DNA of 64,000 nucleotides from Planctomycetota bacterium (GCA_016712285.1 JADJRK010000001.1:897098-961097), one strand, 5' to 3'; positions 1-9,025 are shown, counted from the stretch's first letter. The notes: generated by a model from the letters alone, not told the origin. Made by a program: numbers and translations.

Positions 1-1298
1 CGCGACTGCTCGCCGGTTGCCATGTTGCGCAGACTTACCACGCCCTCTTTCTCTTCTTCGGGCCCGGCGATCACGACCAGCGGAAAGCCGCGCTTGCCCG
101 CGTACTTCAGCTGCTTGCCGAGCTTGGCCTTGGTGTCCAGATACAGCTCGGTCGGCACGCCCGCCTTGCGCAGCGCAGACGTTGCCTTCAGGCTGTAACC
201 CTGCGTCTCGGGCGCAAACACGGTCACCAGCACTGCGGCGGTGCTGCGCGCCTTGGGCAGCAGCTTCAACTCTTCCAGCGCGCTGATCAGCCGGTCGATG
301 CCGACGCTGATGCCGACGGCGGGGATTTCTTCGCCCGCGAACAAGCCGATCAACCCGTCATAGCGACCGCCCGACATCACGCTGCCGAAGCCCGGCAGGT
401 CCAGCAGAAACGTCTCGAACACCGTGCCCGTGTAGTAGTCCAGGCCGCGCACAATCGTGGGGTCAACGCGCAGCACTTCGTCAGGTACGCCCAGCGCCGT
501 GGCATTGTCGTAGACCTCGCGCAACTCAGCGCAGCCGCGCTCCCCTAGCTCGCTGCCCTTCAAGAAGCTCGCGAGCTTCTCGATGCGCGCGGCAGTGGCC
601 AGGTTGCCTTCAGCCAGCTTCAAGAACTCAAACACCAGCTCAAGGCCCGCCGCGGTGAAGCCGCCGTTGCCGACCTGGCCCGTCAGCTCGGCGCGCACGC
701 CGGCTTCGCCGACCTTGTCGAACTTGTCGATGCCGCGCATCACGGCATCCATGACCGCATTGTCCGACACGCCAATGCGCGCCTGCAAGCCGCGGAACAG
801 CTTGCGATTGTTGAAGCGGATCACGTAGTTCGGCACATTCAGCGCGCGCATCACCGAGTAATCGACGGCAATGCATTCGGCGTCGGCCAGCAGGCTGTCA
901 GTGCCGACAATGTCCACGTCGCACTGCCAGAACTCGCGAAAGCGGCCGCGTGCGGGGCTTTCGGCGCGCCACACCGGGCCCATCTGGTAGCGCTTGAACG
1001 GGCGCGAAAGGTCGTTGCGGTACTGCGCGACCACGCGCGCCAGGGAAATCGTCAACTCATAGCGCAGGGCAACGTCGCGGCCGCCCTGGTCTTCGAAGCG
1101 ATAGAACAGTTTCTCGGCTTCGGGGCCGGCTTTGCCCAGCAGGATCTCGGCGTATTCGAGCGAAGGTGTGTCGAGCGGGTCAAAGCCGTAGCGCTCAAAC
1201 ACTTCGACAATGCGGCGCAGCAGGCGGGTACGCGGGATCATCACCTCGGGCAGGTAATCCCGGAAGCCTTTTAGAATTCGCGGCTCAATCCGTGCCAT
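1..1298 (-). CDS. hisS: Histidine--tRNA ligase (class II aaRS), C-terminus runs off the window start
   Basis: Reverse translation from ATG at 1298 gives MARIEPRILKGFRDYLPEVMIPR... with the class II motifs FRGLDYYTGTVFE and GGRYDGL. GGAG RBS upstream. It is missing from the ORF track because there is no in-window stop. Confidence 0.9.
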   Translation of the reverse strand, partial: MARIEPRILKGFRDYLPEVMIPRTRLLRRIVEVFERYGFDPLDTPSLEYAEILLGKAGPEAEKLFYRFEDQGGRDVALRYELTISLARVVAQYRNDLSRPFKRYQMGPVWRAESPARGRFREFWQCDVDIVGTDSLLADAECIAVDYSVMRALNVPNYVIRFNNRKLFRGLQARIGVSDNAVMDAVMRGIDKFDKVGEAGVRAELTGQVGNGGFTAAGLELVFEFLKLAEGNLATAARIEKLASFLKGSELGERGCAELREVYDNATALGVPDEVLRVDPTIVRGLDYYTGTVFETFLLDLPGFGSVMSGGRYDGLIGLFAGEEIPAVGISVGIDRLISALEELKLLPKARSTAAVLVTVFAPETQGYSLKATSALRKAGVPTELYLDTKAKLGKQLKYAGKRGFPLVVIAGPEEEKEGVVSLRNMATGEQS

Positions 1299-1410
1299 GG
1301 CTGCTCCGTGATGCGGCTGACCAAGCCGCAAAGCGGGCAAGGTGCCCGCGGTCCTACGCAACGAAGCGCGGTTTCTAGCGCAGTTTAGGCCGTCGCGCAA
1401 CGCGGCATGT

Positions 1411-2168
1411 GCGCAGTTCTTGGCGCCGTGGCGCCTTGGCGTGAGGCCGCCGTTGCATTTGACAGCCAAGTGAACTGCCACTGCATAACTACAGTCTCAC
1501 GCGGAGGCGCAAAGGCGCGGAGAACTGCAGGCTTGCGGTCCCCCCAATTGGCCACAAAGCCATTGCAGCTCTTTGTGCCTTTGTGGCTTGGTGTGAGCCG
1601 GCAGTTGCAGTTTGCCGACACAGCTTCACGGCCATCTCACACAAAGACACGAAGCCACGAAGAACTGCTTCATGGCCAACAACTTGGTGGTCCTTAGTGG
1701 CCCTTGGTGGATCACCGCAGTGCAGTTGCCAATGCAGTTCCTTGTGGCTTGGTGTGGGTCGGCAGTTGCAGTTCTTGGCGCCGCGGCGTCTTGGCGTGAG
1801 CCAGGCAGTTCGTGCGGCTACTACCGTACGGCGGTCTCACGCGGAGGCGCAAAGGCGCGGAGAACTGCAGGCTTGCGGTCCCAAGGGGCCCGCCGCAGGG
1901 CCATTGCAGCTCTTTGTGCCTTTGTGGCTTGGTGTGAGCCGGCAGTTGCAGTTTGCCGATACAGCTTCACGGACATCTCACACAAAGACACGAAGCCACG
2001 AAGAACTGCTTCATAGCCAACAACTTGGTGGTCCTTAGTGGCCCTTGGTGGATCACCGCAGTGCAGTTGCCATTGCAGTTCTTGGCACCGTGGCGCCTTG
2101 GCGTGAAGCCGCCGTTGCTTTGAGGCAGACACACACAAAGCCACGAAGAGCGACTTCGTGGCTTTGTG
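1411..2168. repeat. Higher-order tandem repeat: about 2.2 copies of a 325-340 bp period (roughly 1411-1750, 1751-2075, 2076-2168). Each copy is built from 33-45 bp units CTCAC(G/A)C-[duplicated variable octamer]-AAGAACTGC plus an AACTGCA..GGCAACT motif, present in both orientations
   Basis: Direct reading: 1494-1800 and 1834-2105 are about 90% identical with one indel. Units include gcagttcttggcgccgtggcgccttggcgtgag, ctcacgcggaggcgcaaaggcgcggagaactgcag and tcacacaaagacacgaagccacgaagaactgc. No ORF with coding character. Confidence 0.8.
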
Positions 2169-2194
2169 GATCAGCGTCGTTGTTTGACCGACCG

Positions 2195-2548
2195 CTACTT
2201 CTTGGCCAGCAGCTTCAGGGCTTCTTTGGGGTTGGCGGCGAACTTGAACACCTGGCTCAGGCCCAGCATGTCGAACACTTCCTGCACGGGCTCGGTCGGG
2301 TTCATCAGCACGATGTCGCCGCCGCGCTCGTGGCTTTCGCTCAGCGTGCCGATAAACACGCCGGCACCCGCCGACGACACGTACTCCACGTCGGCCAAGT
2401 TCACCGCAATGCGCACCTTGCCTTCATCGAACAGGTTGTTGATTGCCTGCTCCATGTACTCGAATGTGTGAGCGTCAAGCCACCCGGCGACATGAACCAC
2501 TGTCACGTCGGGCGAAAGCTCCTCGAGATTGATCTCGAACTCCCTCAT
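2195..2548 (-). CDS. STAS-domain anti-sigma factor antagonist (SpoIIAA/RsbV-like)
   Basis: 117 aa, MREFEINLEELSPDVTVVHVAGWLDAHTFEYMEQ...; typical STAS length and a conserved Ser-containing segment (YVSSAGAGVF). ATG at 2548. Confidence 0.85.
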   Translation of the reverse strand: MREFEINLEELSPDVTVVHVAGWLDAHTFEYMEQAINNLFDEGKVRIAVNLADVEYVSSAGAGVFIGTLSESHERGGDIVLMNPTEPVQEVFDMLGLSQVFKFAANPKEALKLLAKK

Positions 2549-2602
2549 GTGTCTCTTTCTTTGCTGCTCTGACCCTGCACTGTCCCTGCCACACCGTTCG
2601 GG

Positions 2603-3052
2603 TTACTGCCCGGATACGATGAGTTTCACCAGCGTCAATTCGTTCATGTCGCCTTCGCGCGAGGTGTAACGCACTTCGTCCATCACTTTGCGCATGATGA
2701 ACAGGCCAAGCCCGCGCTTGCTGCCGGCGGTGATGTGTGCCTGCATGTCGATGTTTGCCTTGGCCTCAGAGCCCTTGGCTGCGTCGTAGGAAATGCCGTT
2801 GTCCCGAATGCGTACGGTGAAGCGCTGCTCGTCGGCGTCGATCAACACCTCGACGGTGCCGTCCACGCGGCCTTCATACCCGTGCTGGATGGTGTTGGCG
2901 ACGGCTTCATCGACGGCCAGCACGACCTTGTTGACGTCGCGCTGGGGCAACCTGGAGCGCTTGATCGCGCTGTGCAGGAATTCCCGCACGATGGCGAGGT
3001 TGCGCGTATGCGCCACGACCTCAAGCCGATCGGTTACATGCGAATCCGACAT
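2603..3052 (-). CDS. Anti-sigma regulatory factor, serine-protein kinase (RsbW/SpoIIAB-like, HATPase_c)
   Basis: 149 aa with ...VDEAVANTIQHGY... and ...IRDNGISYD...GLGLFIMRKVMDEV, i.e. GHKL ATPase motifs. Lies immediately upstream of the STAS gene on the same strand. Confidence 0.8.
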   Translation of the reverse strand: MSDSHVTDRLEVVAHTRNLAIVREFLHSAIKRSRLPQRDVNKVVLAVDEAVANTIQHGYEGRVDGTVEVLIDADEQRFTVRIRDNGISYDAAKGSEAKANIDMQAHITAGSKRGLGLFIMRKVMDEVRYTSREGDMNELTLVKLIVSGQ

Positions 3053-3080
3053 CCACTGCCCCCGTGCTGCTACCCTGTTG

Positions 3081-5336
3081 TTATCCCACCTTCAGTGTGA
3101 CAATCGTGATGTCGTCGTGCTGGTCATCGGTCTGCGCGTGGCCCTGGATTGCGTTGACCAGCGTCGTCAGGTATTCCGCCGACGACTTGCTCGCGCACTG
3201 GATCGTGATGGCCTGCATGCGTTCTTCGCCGAACTCTTCGTTCGTCGGGCTCATGGCTTCCGTGACACCGTCGGTAAAGATCACCGCGCGATCGCCACGC
3301 TGAAGCTGGATGACTTCTTCCTTCATATTGCGCTCAAACAGGCGGCCATCCTTGTCAAAGCCCAGCGCAATGCCGCCCGGGTTGACCTCAATGCACTGCT
3401 TGGTGGCTGCGCGGTACAGCAGCAGCGGGTTGTGGCCCGCGCTGGCGACGGTCAGGCGCGCCGTCGGGATATCCAGCAGCATGTAGAACGCCGTCACGAA
3501 CATGCCGCGCTTGATGTCTTTGGCCAGCGTGCGGTTGACCTTGCAGAAAATGTCGCGCGGCGACAGGTTGTCGCTGGCTTCATAGCTGACCAGCGCCTTG
3601 GCCATCATCATGACCATGCTGCCCGGGATGCCCTTGCCCGAGACGTCGGCGCACACCATGCCCAGGTGCGTCTTGTCGACAAGGAAGAAGTCGTAGTAGT
3701 CGCCGCCGACCTCTTTGCTGGGCGAGTAGTAGGCGCTTACGTCATACCCCGCAATACGGGGCACGTGCTTGGGCAGCAGGTTTTCCTGGATCTCTTTGGC
3801 GATATCCAGGTCGTGCTTGCGGCCCTGGTTTTCAAGCCACACCGACTGCGCGCTTTTCAGGCCCAGCGCCATGTCGCCCAGCAGCCTCGACACGATGCCG
3901 ATTTCGTCGCTGCTGCGCGCCAGCGGGCGGTGGTCAAAGTTGCCGCCGCTGATGATCTGGATGTCGTTCATCAGCGTCTCAAGCGGCTTGGTGATGCTGC
4001 CGCCGATCACGAACGCCAGCGCAATGCTCAGGCCGATGCCGACAAACGAAATGCCGAGAATCGACCAGATCAACGCCTGCTTGCGGCTTTGAATCTGTTC
4101 ACGGTCAAGGTAGATCGAGATGGACTCGCCTTCGCCAACGTCCTTGGTGAACGCGTAGGCAGCCACGCCACCAATAAACGCGCCACGGTCAATCTTGACG
4201 TCGTCCTGCACGCGCTGGTCTGTGGACTCTTCGCGTTCAAGCGACAGGGTGTCGCCGCGCGGGCTGACAACGTTCAGCTCTTCGCGTTTGAAATCAGGCA
4301 GCGTGTCGTCCTTCATCAGGAACGTGATGTAGCGTACCTGGCTGGTTTCACTGCCCGTCAGTTCATCCAGGTCCTTGACGAAGTCTTCGTGGAAGCCGCG
4401 GAAGATCGTCTTGCGCAGGCCTTGCTGACCCTTGATCATGCGGGTGTCGGTGTCGGTGTCGATGCGCATGCGCAGCTTCTCGAACGAGTCGGCGCTTGAA
4501 TCCATGCCCCAGTCGCGAAACAGCTTGGTGAAGTACGACTTGTACCGGTTCATGGCCGCGATGTTCAGGCGGCGCGGCGCGTTGGGCTCGGCGGCAACCT
4601 GGTTCGGCTTCAACTCGCGCAACTCTGACCAGCCTTCGCCGAGAATTTCCACCCGGATTGCGTCGGCCATCTTGGCGTCGGCAAACTGGAAGTCATCGGG
4701 GTTATCCAGGATGCTGCCCGCCACCAGGACCCAGACGCGATCTTCTTGAAACTGTTTCCAGTTCGCGAACTCGCGGCACGCCGGAATCCGCGGGTGAAAG
4801 CTGCCGCGCTTGGCGGCTGCGTCCCACTGCATCTTGCGCCAGTAGTCGTCAAACTTGGCGCGGTTGGCCGGCTGACCGAAGTAGGCGATCAGGCCCTTTT
4901 CATTCAAGCCTGCGCGATATGGGCGATGAATCGCCTCGGCCTGCTGCAGCATGCCCATGCCTGCCTGCTGGATCGTGTCTTCCAGCGCCGACTGCGCGAT
5001 CATCATGACGATCAAGAAGATCAGCAACGAAACGCCGACCGCCAATCCGCTCATCGCAAGCACGATCTTGGTCTTGATCGGCAGGCCCTGCGTCTTGGGC
5101 TTGACCCGGGGGCGCGGCCCGGCTGTGCCGCCTGCGTGGCCGGCGGATGGGGCCTGCGCTGCTGGCGGCGGTGCAGCCACTTTCGGCCCGCCCACGGTCG
5201 GCAGCTGGCCGGATGATTTCACGGCGGGCGTGGCGCCCGTGGACTTGCGAGCCTGCCCGGCCGGTGGCGGCGTCATCATGCGACGCGTGCCGCCACGGGC
5301 GGGTGTGTTGCCTTCAGATGGTGGTCTGCCTGCCAT
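3081..5336 (-). CDS. Membrane-anchored PP2C (SpoIIE-type) serine phosphatase. Pro-rich N-terminus, one TM, large extracytoplasmic region, second TM, HAMP, then PP2C domain (RsbU-like input phosphatase)
   Basis: Track ORF 3081..5480. I place the start at the internal ATG 5336 (MAGRPPSEGN...), just downstream of the pgpA stop. PP2C signatures GGDYYDFFLVD...GMVCADVSGKGIPGSMVMM and ...AVIFTDGVTEA. TM segments IVLAMSGLAVGVSLLIFLIV and ALIWSILGISFVGIGLSIALAFVIGG. Confidence 0.8.
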   Translation of the reverse strand: MAGRPPSEGNTPARGGTRRMMTPPPAGQARKSTGATPAVKSSGQLPTVGGPKVAAPPPAAQAPSAGHAGGTAGPRPRVKPKTQGLPIKTKIVLAMSGLAVGVSLLIFLIVMMIAQSALEDTIQQAGMGMLQQAEAIHRPYRAGLNEKGLIAYFGQPANRAKFDDYWRKMQWDAAAKRGSFHPRIPACREFANWKQFQEDRVWVLVAGSILDNPDDFQFADAKMADAIRVEILGEGWSELRELKPNQVAAEPNAPRRLNIAAMNRYKSYFTKLFRDWGMDSSADSFEKLRMRIDTDTDTRMIKGQQGLRKTIFRGFHEDFVKDLDELTGSETSQVRYITFLMKDDTLPDFKREELNVVSPRGDTLSLEREESTDQRVQDDVKIDRGAFIGGVAAYAFTKDVGEGESISIYLDREQIQSRKQALIWSILGISFVGIGLSIALAFVIGGSITKPLETLMNDIQIISGGNFDHRPLARSSDEIGIVSRLLGDMALGLKSAQSVWLENQGRKHDLDIAKEIQENLLPKHVPRIAGYDVSAYYSPSKEVGGDYYDFFLVDKTHLGMVCADVSGKGIPGSMVMMMAKALVSYEASDNLSPRDIFCKVNRTLAKDIKRGMFVTAFYMLLDIPTARLTVASAGHNPLLLYRAATKQCIEVNPGGIALGFDKDGRLFERNMKEEVIQLQRGDRAVIFTDGVTEAMSPTNEEFGEERMQAITIQCASKSSAEYLTTLVNAIQGHAQTDDQHDDITIVTLKVG

Positions 5337-5353
5337 GCGGTAGACCTGCTCTC

Positions 5354-5860
5354 TCACATTAAACCGGGCACCGCCACGCGGAACGCCCATACTGTCCATG
5401 CCGCGAACACAGCGGCAGCCAGATCGTCTGTCAGTATCCCCAAGCTCCCGGGCAGCCGTTCGAAACTCCGGACAGGCCAAGGTTTAGCAATATCGTAGAA
5501 CCGAAATGTTAGTAACCCTGCGAAAATGTCCAAGAGTGAACCCGCCGGGATCAGTGCCAGCGTTAGAAACAGCCCGGCGGCTTCATCCAGCACGAACCAG
5601 CCGGGATCTTTGCCCAAAGCGGGGTCTTTCAGGACCTGCCGACCCACCAGAAAGCTCAAGACCGAGAAGGCCACGGCCCCGCCAACCCACGCCAAGGGGG
5701 TCGCGCCGGGGATGTAAAACAACCCGACCGCCAGCCCGGCAGCGACCAGGCTGCCACTTGTACCCCGCAGAACGGGTGCAAAGCCCGACAAAAACAGGCT
5801 GCCCAGCAACACCGGCGGGCGAAGCAACTGGCTAGCAGGCGGATCGGTCACTTTGAGCAT
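5354..5860 (-). CDS. pgpA: Phosphatidylglycerophosphatase A
   Basis: 168 aa with ...GWFVLDEAAG... and ...FRFYDIAKPWPV..., which match PgpA conserved blocks (VWDEF, FRxxDxxKPWP). Confidence 0.8.
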   Translation of the reverse strand: MLKVTDPPASQLLRPPVLLGSLFLSGFAPVLRGTSGSLVAAGLAVGLFYIPGATPLAWVGGAVAFSVLSFLVGRQVLKDPALGKDPGWFVLDEAAGLFLTLALIPAGSLLDIFAGLLTFRFYDIAKPWPVRSFERLPGSLGILTDDLAAAVFAAWTVWAFRVAVPGLM

Positions 5861-5924
5861 AGGCGAATTTCAGGGCCGGCTTGCCCAGTGTGCCAATAGA
5901 AACTGCGAAAGCCGCAAAAAGCTG

Positions 5925-6140
5925 TGATCCACCAAGGACACGAAGTGCCACGAAGAACTGCACGACATTATGAGGCAGTTGCCTTGGTAGTCCTTTGTGC
6001 CTTAGTGCCTTTGTGTGGGACAGAAGTTGCTTCACGGCGGCTTCACACAAAGGCACGAAGACACGAAGAACTGCTTTACGGGGTTATTGCCACTGCATCA
6101 CGCGAAGGCGCGACGAGCGCGAGGGCCGCGAAGGAGTGCC
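5925..6140. repeat. Second cluster of the octamer-duplication repeat family. It sits in the divergent pgpA / mlaE promoter region
   Basis: Units caccaaggacacgaagtgccacgaagaactgcac, the reverse complement of tcctttgtgccttagtgcctttgtgtggga, and cttcacacaaaggcacgaagacacgaagaactgc. Same conserved ends as the 1411-2168 cluster. Confidence 0.7.
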
Positions 6141-6306
6141 AAGACTCGTCGTTTGGGTTGCTCTGTTCCTCTGTTGGCCCGTGTTCAACCGCACTGGCAA
6201 AAGCCCAACAAGCGCACCACGCGTTTGCCCTGTATCCATCGCCCATCGTCAGGTATGGTATGCCCCCTGCGCGCCGGGGGCTCACCACTGCCTGACAAGA
6301 AGCTGA

Positions 6307-7128
6307 ATGTCCGTACTCGCTGACGTTGTTGCCGGAATGGGTTCGTGGGTCAATCGCCAGCTGGCGACCCTTGGGGCCGCGGTGCGCTTTGGCGGGGCCG
6401 CCATCGGCTTTGGCATACGCGGCTTGTTCAACAAGCGCATTTATCCGCGCCACGACCTTATCGTGCAAATGGACTACACCGGCGCCCGCAGCACCGTGAT
6501 CATGGTGCTGCTCGGTTTTCTGGTCGGTGGGTCTCTGGTGCTTCAGACCACGCCCAGCCTCGCGCGTTACGGCCCAGCCGAGCTTGTGGCCGGCGTTGTC
6601 GGTGTATCCGTGCTGCGCACACTGGGGCCGCTGCTGGCGGCGATCATCTTTGCGGGCCGCGTCGGCGCGGGCTACACCGCCGAGCTCGGCACCATGGCCG
6701 TCAGCGAAGAGATCCAGGCGCTCGACACCATGGGCATTCACCCAGTTGGCTACCTGGTCGCGCCGCGCTTCATGGCCGCGGTACTGATGCTGCCCGCGTG
6801 CACGGTGCTGTTCGACCTGTCGGCGCTGATCGGCGGCTACCTGGTGGGCGTATACAACTTCGGCATCACGCACGAAGCCTGGATGGAGGTGACCGCGCGC
6901 TTCGTCAGCATGTCGAACTTCACGTTCGGCATTTGCAAAAGCGTGGTGTTCGCGATGATCATCACGCTGGTGTGCTGCTTCAAGGGCTTCACGGTCAAGG
7001 GCAGCGGCATGGAAGTCGGCCGCGCGACCATGCAGGCAATCGTGATCTGCCTGATCCTGATCATCTTCTCTGACTTCGTGCTTTCGATGGTCTACAACTT
7101 CCTGGTCAAGATGAGGATCGTCGATTGA
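6307..7128 (+). CDS. mlaE: ABC transporter permease, MlaE family
   Basis: 273 aa multi-TM protein, ...EIQALDTMGIHPVGYLVAPRFMA...; first gene of a permease-ATPase-MCE operon. Confidence 0.85.
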   Translation: MSVLADVVAGMGSWVNRQLATLGAAVRFGGAAIGFGIRGLFNKRIYPRHDLIVQMDYTGARSTVIMVLLGFLVGGSLVLQTTPSLARYGPAELVAGVVGVSVLRTLGPLLAAIIFAGRVGAGYTAELGTMAVSEEIQALDTMGIHPVGYLVAPRFMAAVLMLPACTVLFDLSALIGGYLVGVYNFGITHEAWMEVTARFVSMSNFTFGICKSVVFAMIITLVCCFKGFTVKGSGMEVGRATMQAIVICLILIIFSDFVLSMVYNFLVKMRIVD

Positions 7129-8012
7129 GCGGCAGCCCGCAAACCAGCCTGCCCGCGACCGGCGCCGACTCAGGCGACGCCGCCATTGTCGTGCGCAACC
7201 TGACGAAGACCTACGACGACAACATCGTGCTGAACGACCTCACGTTCACCCTTGAGCGCGGCAAGGTGTATGTCGTTATGGGCCCCTCCGGTTGTGGCAA
7301 GAGCACGCTGCTGCGCCAGTTGATCGGCGCCGAGACCCCCGACGCCGGCCACGTCACCATCGGCGGCGTTGATATGCACAGCCCCGACCGCAAAGTACGC
7401 GACGAGGCGCGCCGCAAGTTCGGCGTGCTGTTCCAGAGTGCCGCGCTGCTCAACGGCTTGACCGTGGCCGAGAACGTGGCATTGCCGATCCAGCGCCACA
7501 CCGACCTGCCGCAAAGCACGATCGACCTGATGGTGCGGCTCAAACTTGAGCTCGTGGGCATGGGTGCGGCATCCGACAAGTATCCCTACGAGATCAGCGG
7601 CGGCATGAAGAAGCGCGCCGGCCTCGCCCGCGCCATCGCGCTGGACCCTGCGATTGTCTTCTACGACGAGCCCAGCGCCGGCCTTGACCCGGTGATGATC
7701 GGCGTGATCGACAAGCTGATCATGGACCTCACGAACAAACTCGGCATCACGTCGGTCGTCATCACCCACGAGATGCCCAGCATCTTCCGCATCGCCGACG
7801 AAGTGCTGATGCTCTACAACGGCCGCTTCGTGTTTCGAGGCACAGCCGAGCAGTTGCGCCGCAGTTCAGACCCGCTGGTACGCCAGTTTCTCAACGGCGA
7901 CCCCGAGGGCCCGATCAACGCGCCGCGCCAGCTGGCCGAGCTGTCTGACCGCCTGCTGGGCGGCTCGCGCCGCGCGGGCAACGGCGACGTGTTGAAGGGG
8001 GCCGACGCATGA
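7125..8012 (+). CDS. mlaF: ABC transporter ATP-binding protein, MlaF family
   Basis: Walker A GPSGCGKSTLLR, signature ISGGMKKRAGLARA, Walker B IVFYDEPSAGLD. TTG start overlapping the mlaE stop (TTGA). Confidence 0.85.
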   Translation: MSGSPQTSLPATGADSGDAAIVVRNLTKTYDDNIVLNDLTFTLERGKVYVVMGPSGCGKSTLLRQLIGAETPDAGHVTIGGVDMHSPDRKVRDEARRKFGVLFQSAALLNGLTVAENVALPIQRHTDLPQSTIDLMVRLKLELVGMGAASDKYPYEISGGMKKRAGLARAIALDPAIVFYDEPSAGLDPVMIGVIDKLIMDLTNKLGITSVVITHEMPSIFRIADEVLMLYNGRFVFRGTAEQLRRSSDPLVRQFLNGDPEGPINAPRQLAELSDRLLGGSRRAGNGDVLKGADA

Positions 8013-9025
8013 GCGGCGACCGCAAACTCAACCTGGTCAGCGGCGGCATACTGCTGGCACTGATCGTGGCGCTGGCCGCATGGTTCGCGTTTGGCGTCTT
8101 GCTCAAGCCCGAGCCCGCACCGGGCCGGCGCTTTGTTGCCATGTTCGATGAAGCCGGCGGCATCAAGGCAGGCGACGCAGTACGCATTGAGGGGCGCCGC
8201 GCGGGCATTGTCACAGACGTGCAGCTCGTGCACGACGACGGCCGCATGCGGGTGCGGGTTGAGTTTGAGATTCGGCCCGGCACAAGCTCCAAGTGGCTCG
8301 CCTCGGCGCAGATTCCCGCGGACGCACGCATTGAGGTTGCCGAGGCGGGCATGTTCGGCCGCCCGCAACTCAACATTCGCGAGGGCCAGAGCAAGACAAA
8401 GTTCATCGAAGAAGGCGGCGAGTGGACCAACACCCGCGGCGCCTCAACTGATGACCCCGTCGTCCAGTTTCGCGAAGGGGTAGAGTCGTTCGACAAGTTG
8501 CTCGACCAATTGAACGAGTTTCTTGCCCCGGGCGGCCAGATGGACGGCATCAAGTCCGCCGTGGCCGACCTGCGCGGCAACATCGAAAACTCCAGCACAC
8601 GAATCACCGAAGCCCTGGCCGGCGCGCCCGAAGCCGACCGCCAGCTCACTCTGCTGAAAGAGGACCTCGACGCGCTGGGCCGCCAGCTTGCCGAGGCGGA
8701 TGCGAGCATCGCCGAAAATCTCAAGGCACTCGCTGAAGGCGGCAAGAGCGCCGAAGACGCGGCTGCCAAAATTGATGAACAACTCGCCGACGTGCTCGCG
8801 TCCACAGACCGGCTGCGCACAGCCATCGAAGACAGCGGCGAGCTGCTGACCGCCAAGCAGGCAGAGGGCCTGGGCACCGAGCTGCGGCGCTTTGCGGCGC
8901 GGCTGCGCATGTCGATGGAAATCGCCAAGGCTGACCCCGCACAAGCGGGGGACCTGCCCAACTGGCGGCTTTCACGCAGATACTTCAACGGGGAAACACC
9001 GCTTCCGGGCGGCGACCCCGAGTAG
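8009..9025 (+). CDS. MCE/MlaD-family substrate-binding protein with a long C-terminal coiled-coil
   Basis: N-terminal TM (ILLALIVALAAWFAFGVLL), then an MCE-like segment (FDEAGGIKAGDAVRIEGRRAGIVTDVQL). ATGA overlap with mlaF. Confidence 0.75.
   Translation: MSGDRKLNLVSGGILLALIVALAAWFAFGVLLKPEPAPGRRFVAMFDEAGGIKAGDAVRIEGRRAGIVTDVQLVHDDGRMRVRVEFEIRPGTSSKWLASAQIPADARIEVAEAGMFGRPQLNIREGQSKTKFIEEGGEWTNTRGASTDDPVVQFREGVESFDKLLDQLNEFLAPGGQMDGIKSAVADLRGNIENSSTRITEALAGAPEADRQLTLLKEDLDALGRQLAEADASIAENLKALAEGGKSAEDAAAKIDEQLADVLASTDRLRTAIEDSGELLTAKQAEGLGTELRRFAARLRMSMEIAKADPAQAGDLPNWRLSRRYFNGETPLPGGDPE

Noticed and set aside
1411-2168. Possible CRISPR array, given the short repeats with variable inserts
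   Set aside because: Repeat units vary in length and sequence and have no constant repeat/spacer alternation. They occur in both orientations. The variable part is an internally duplicated octamer rather than a unique spacer. No cas genes or leader are present.
2793-4499. 568-aa ORF on the + strand antisense to the PP2C gene. Similar long antisense ORFs are 7915..9144 (-), 10065..10997 (-), 11947..12873 (-), 14257..15435 (+), 16532..17575 (-), 38907..40589 (-) and 60761..62086 (+)
   Set aside because: Their translations are Arg/Ala/His/Val-rich, low-complexity strings with no motifs. The opposite strand in each case encodes a protein with clear family signatures and genome-typical GC3. Long antisense ORFs are expected by chance at 65% GC.
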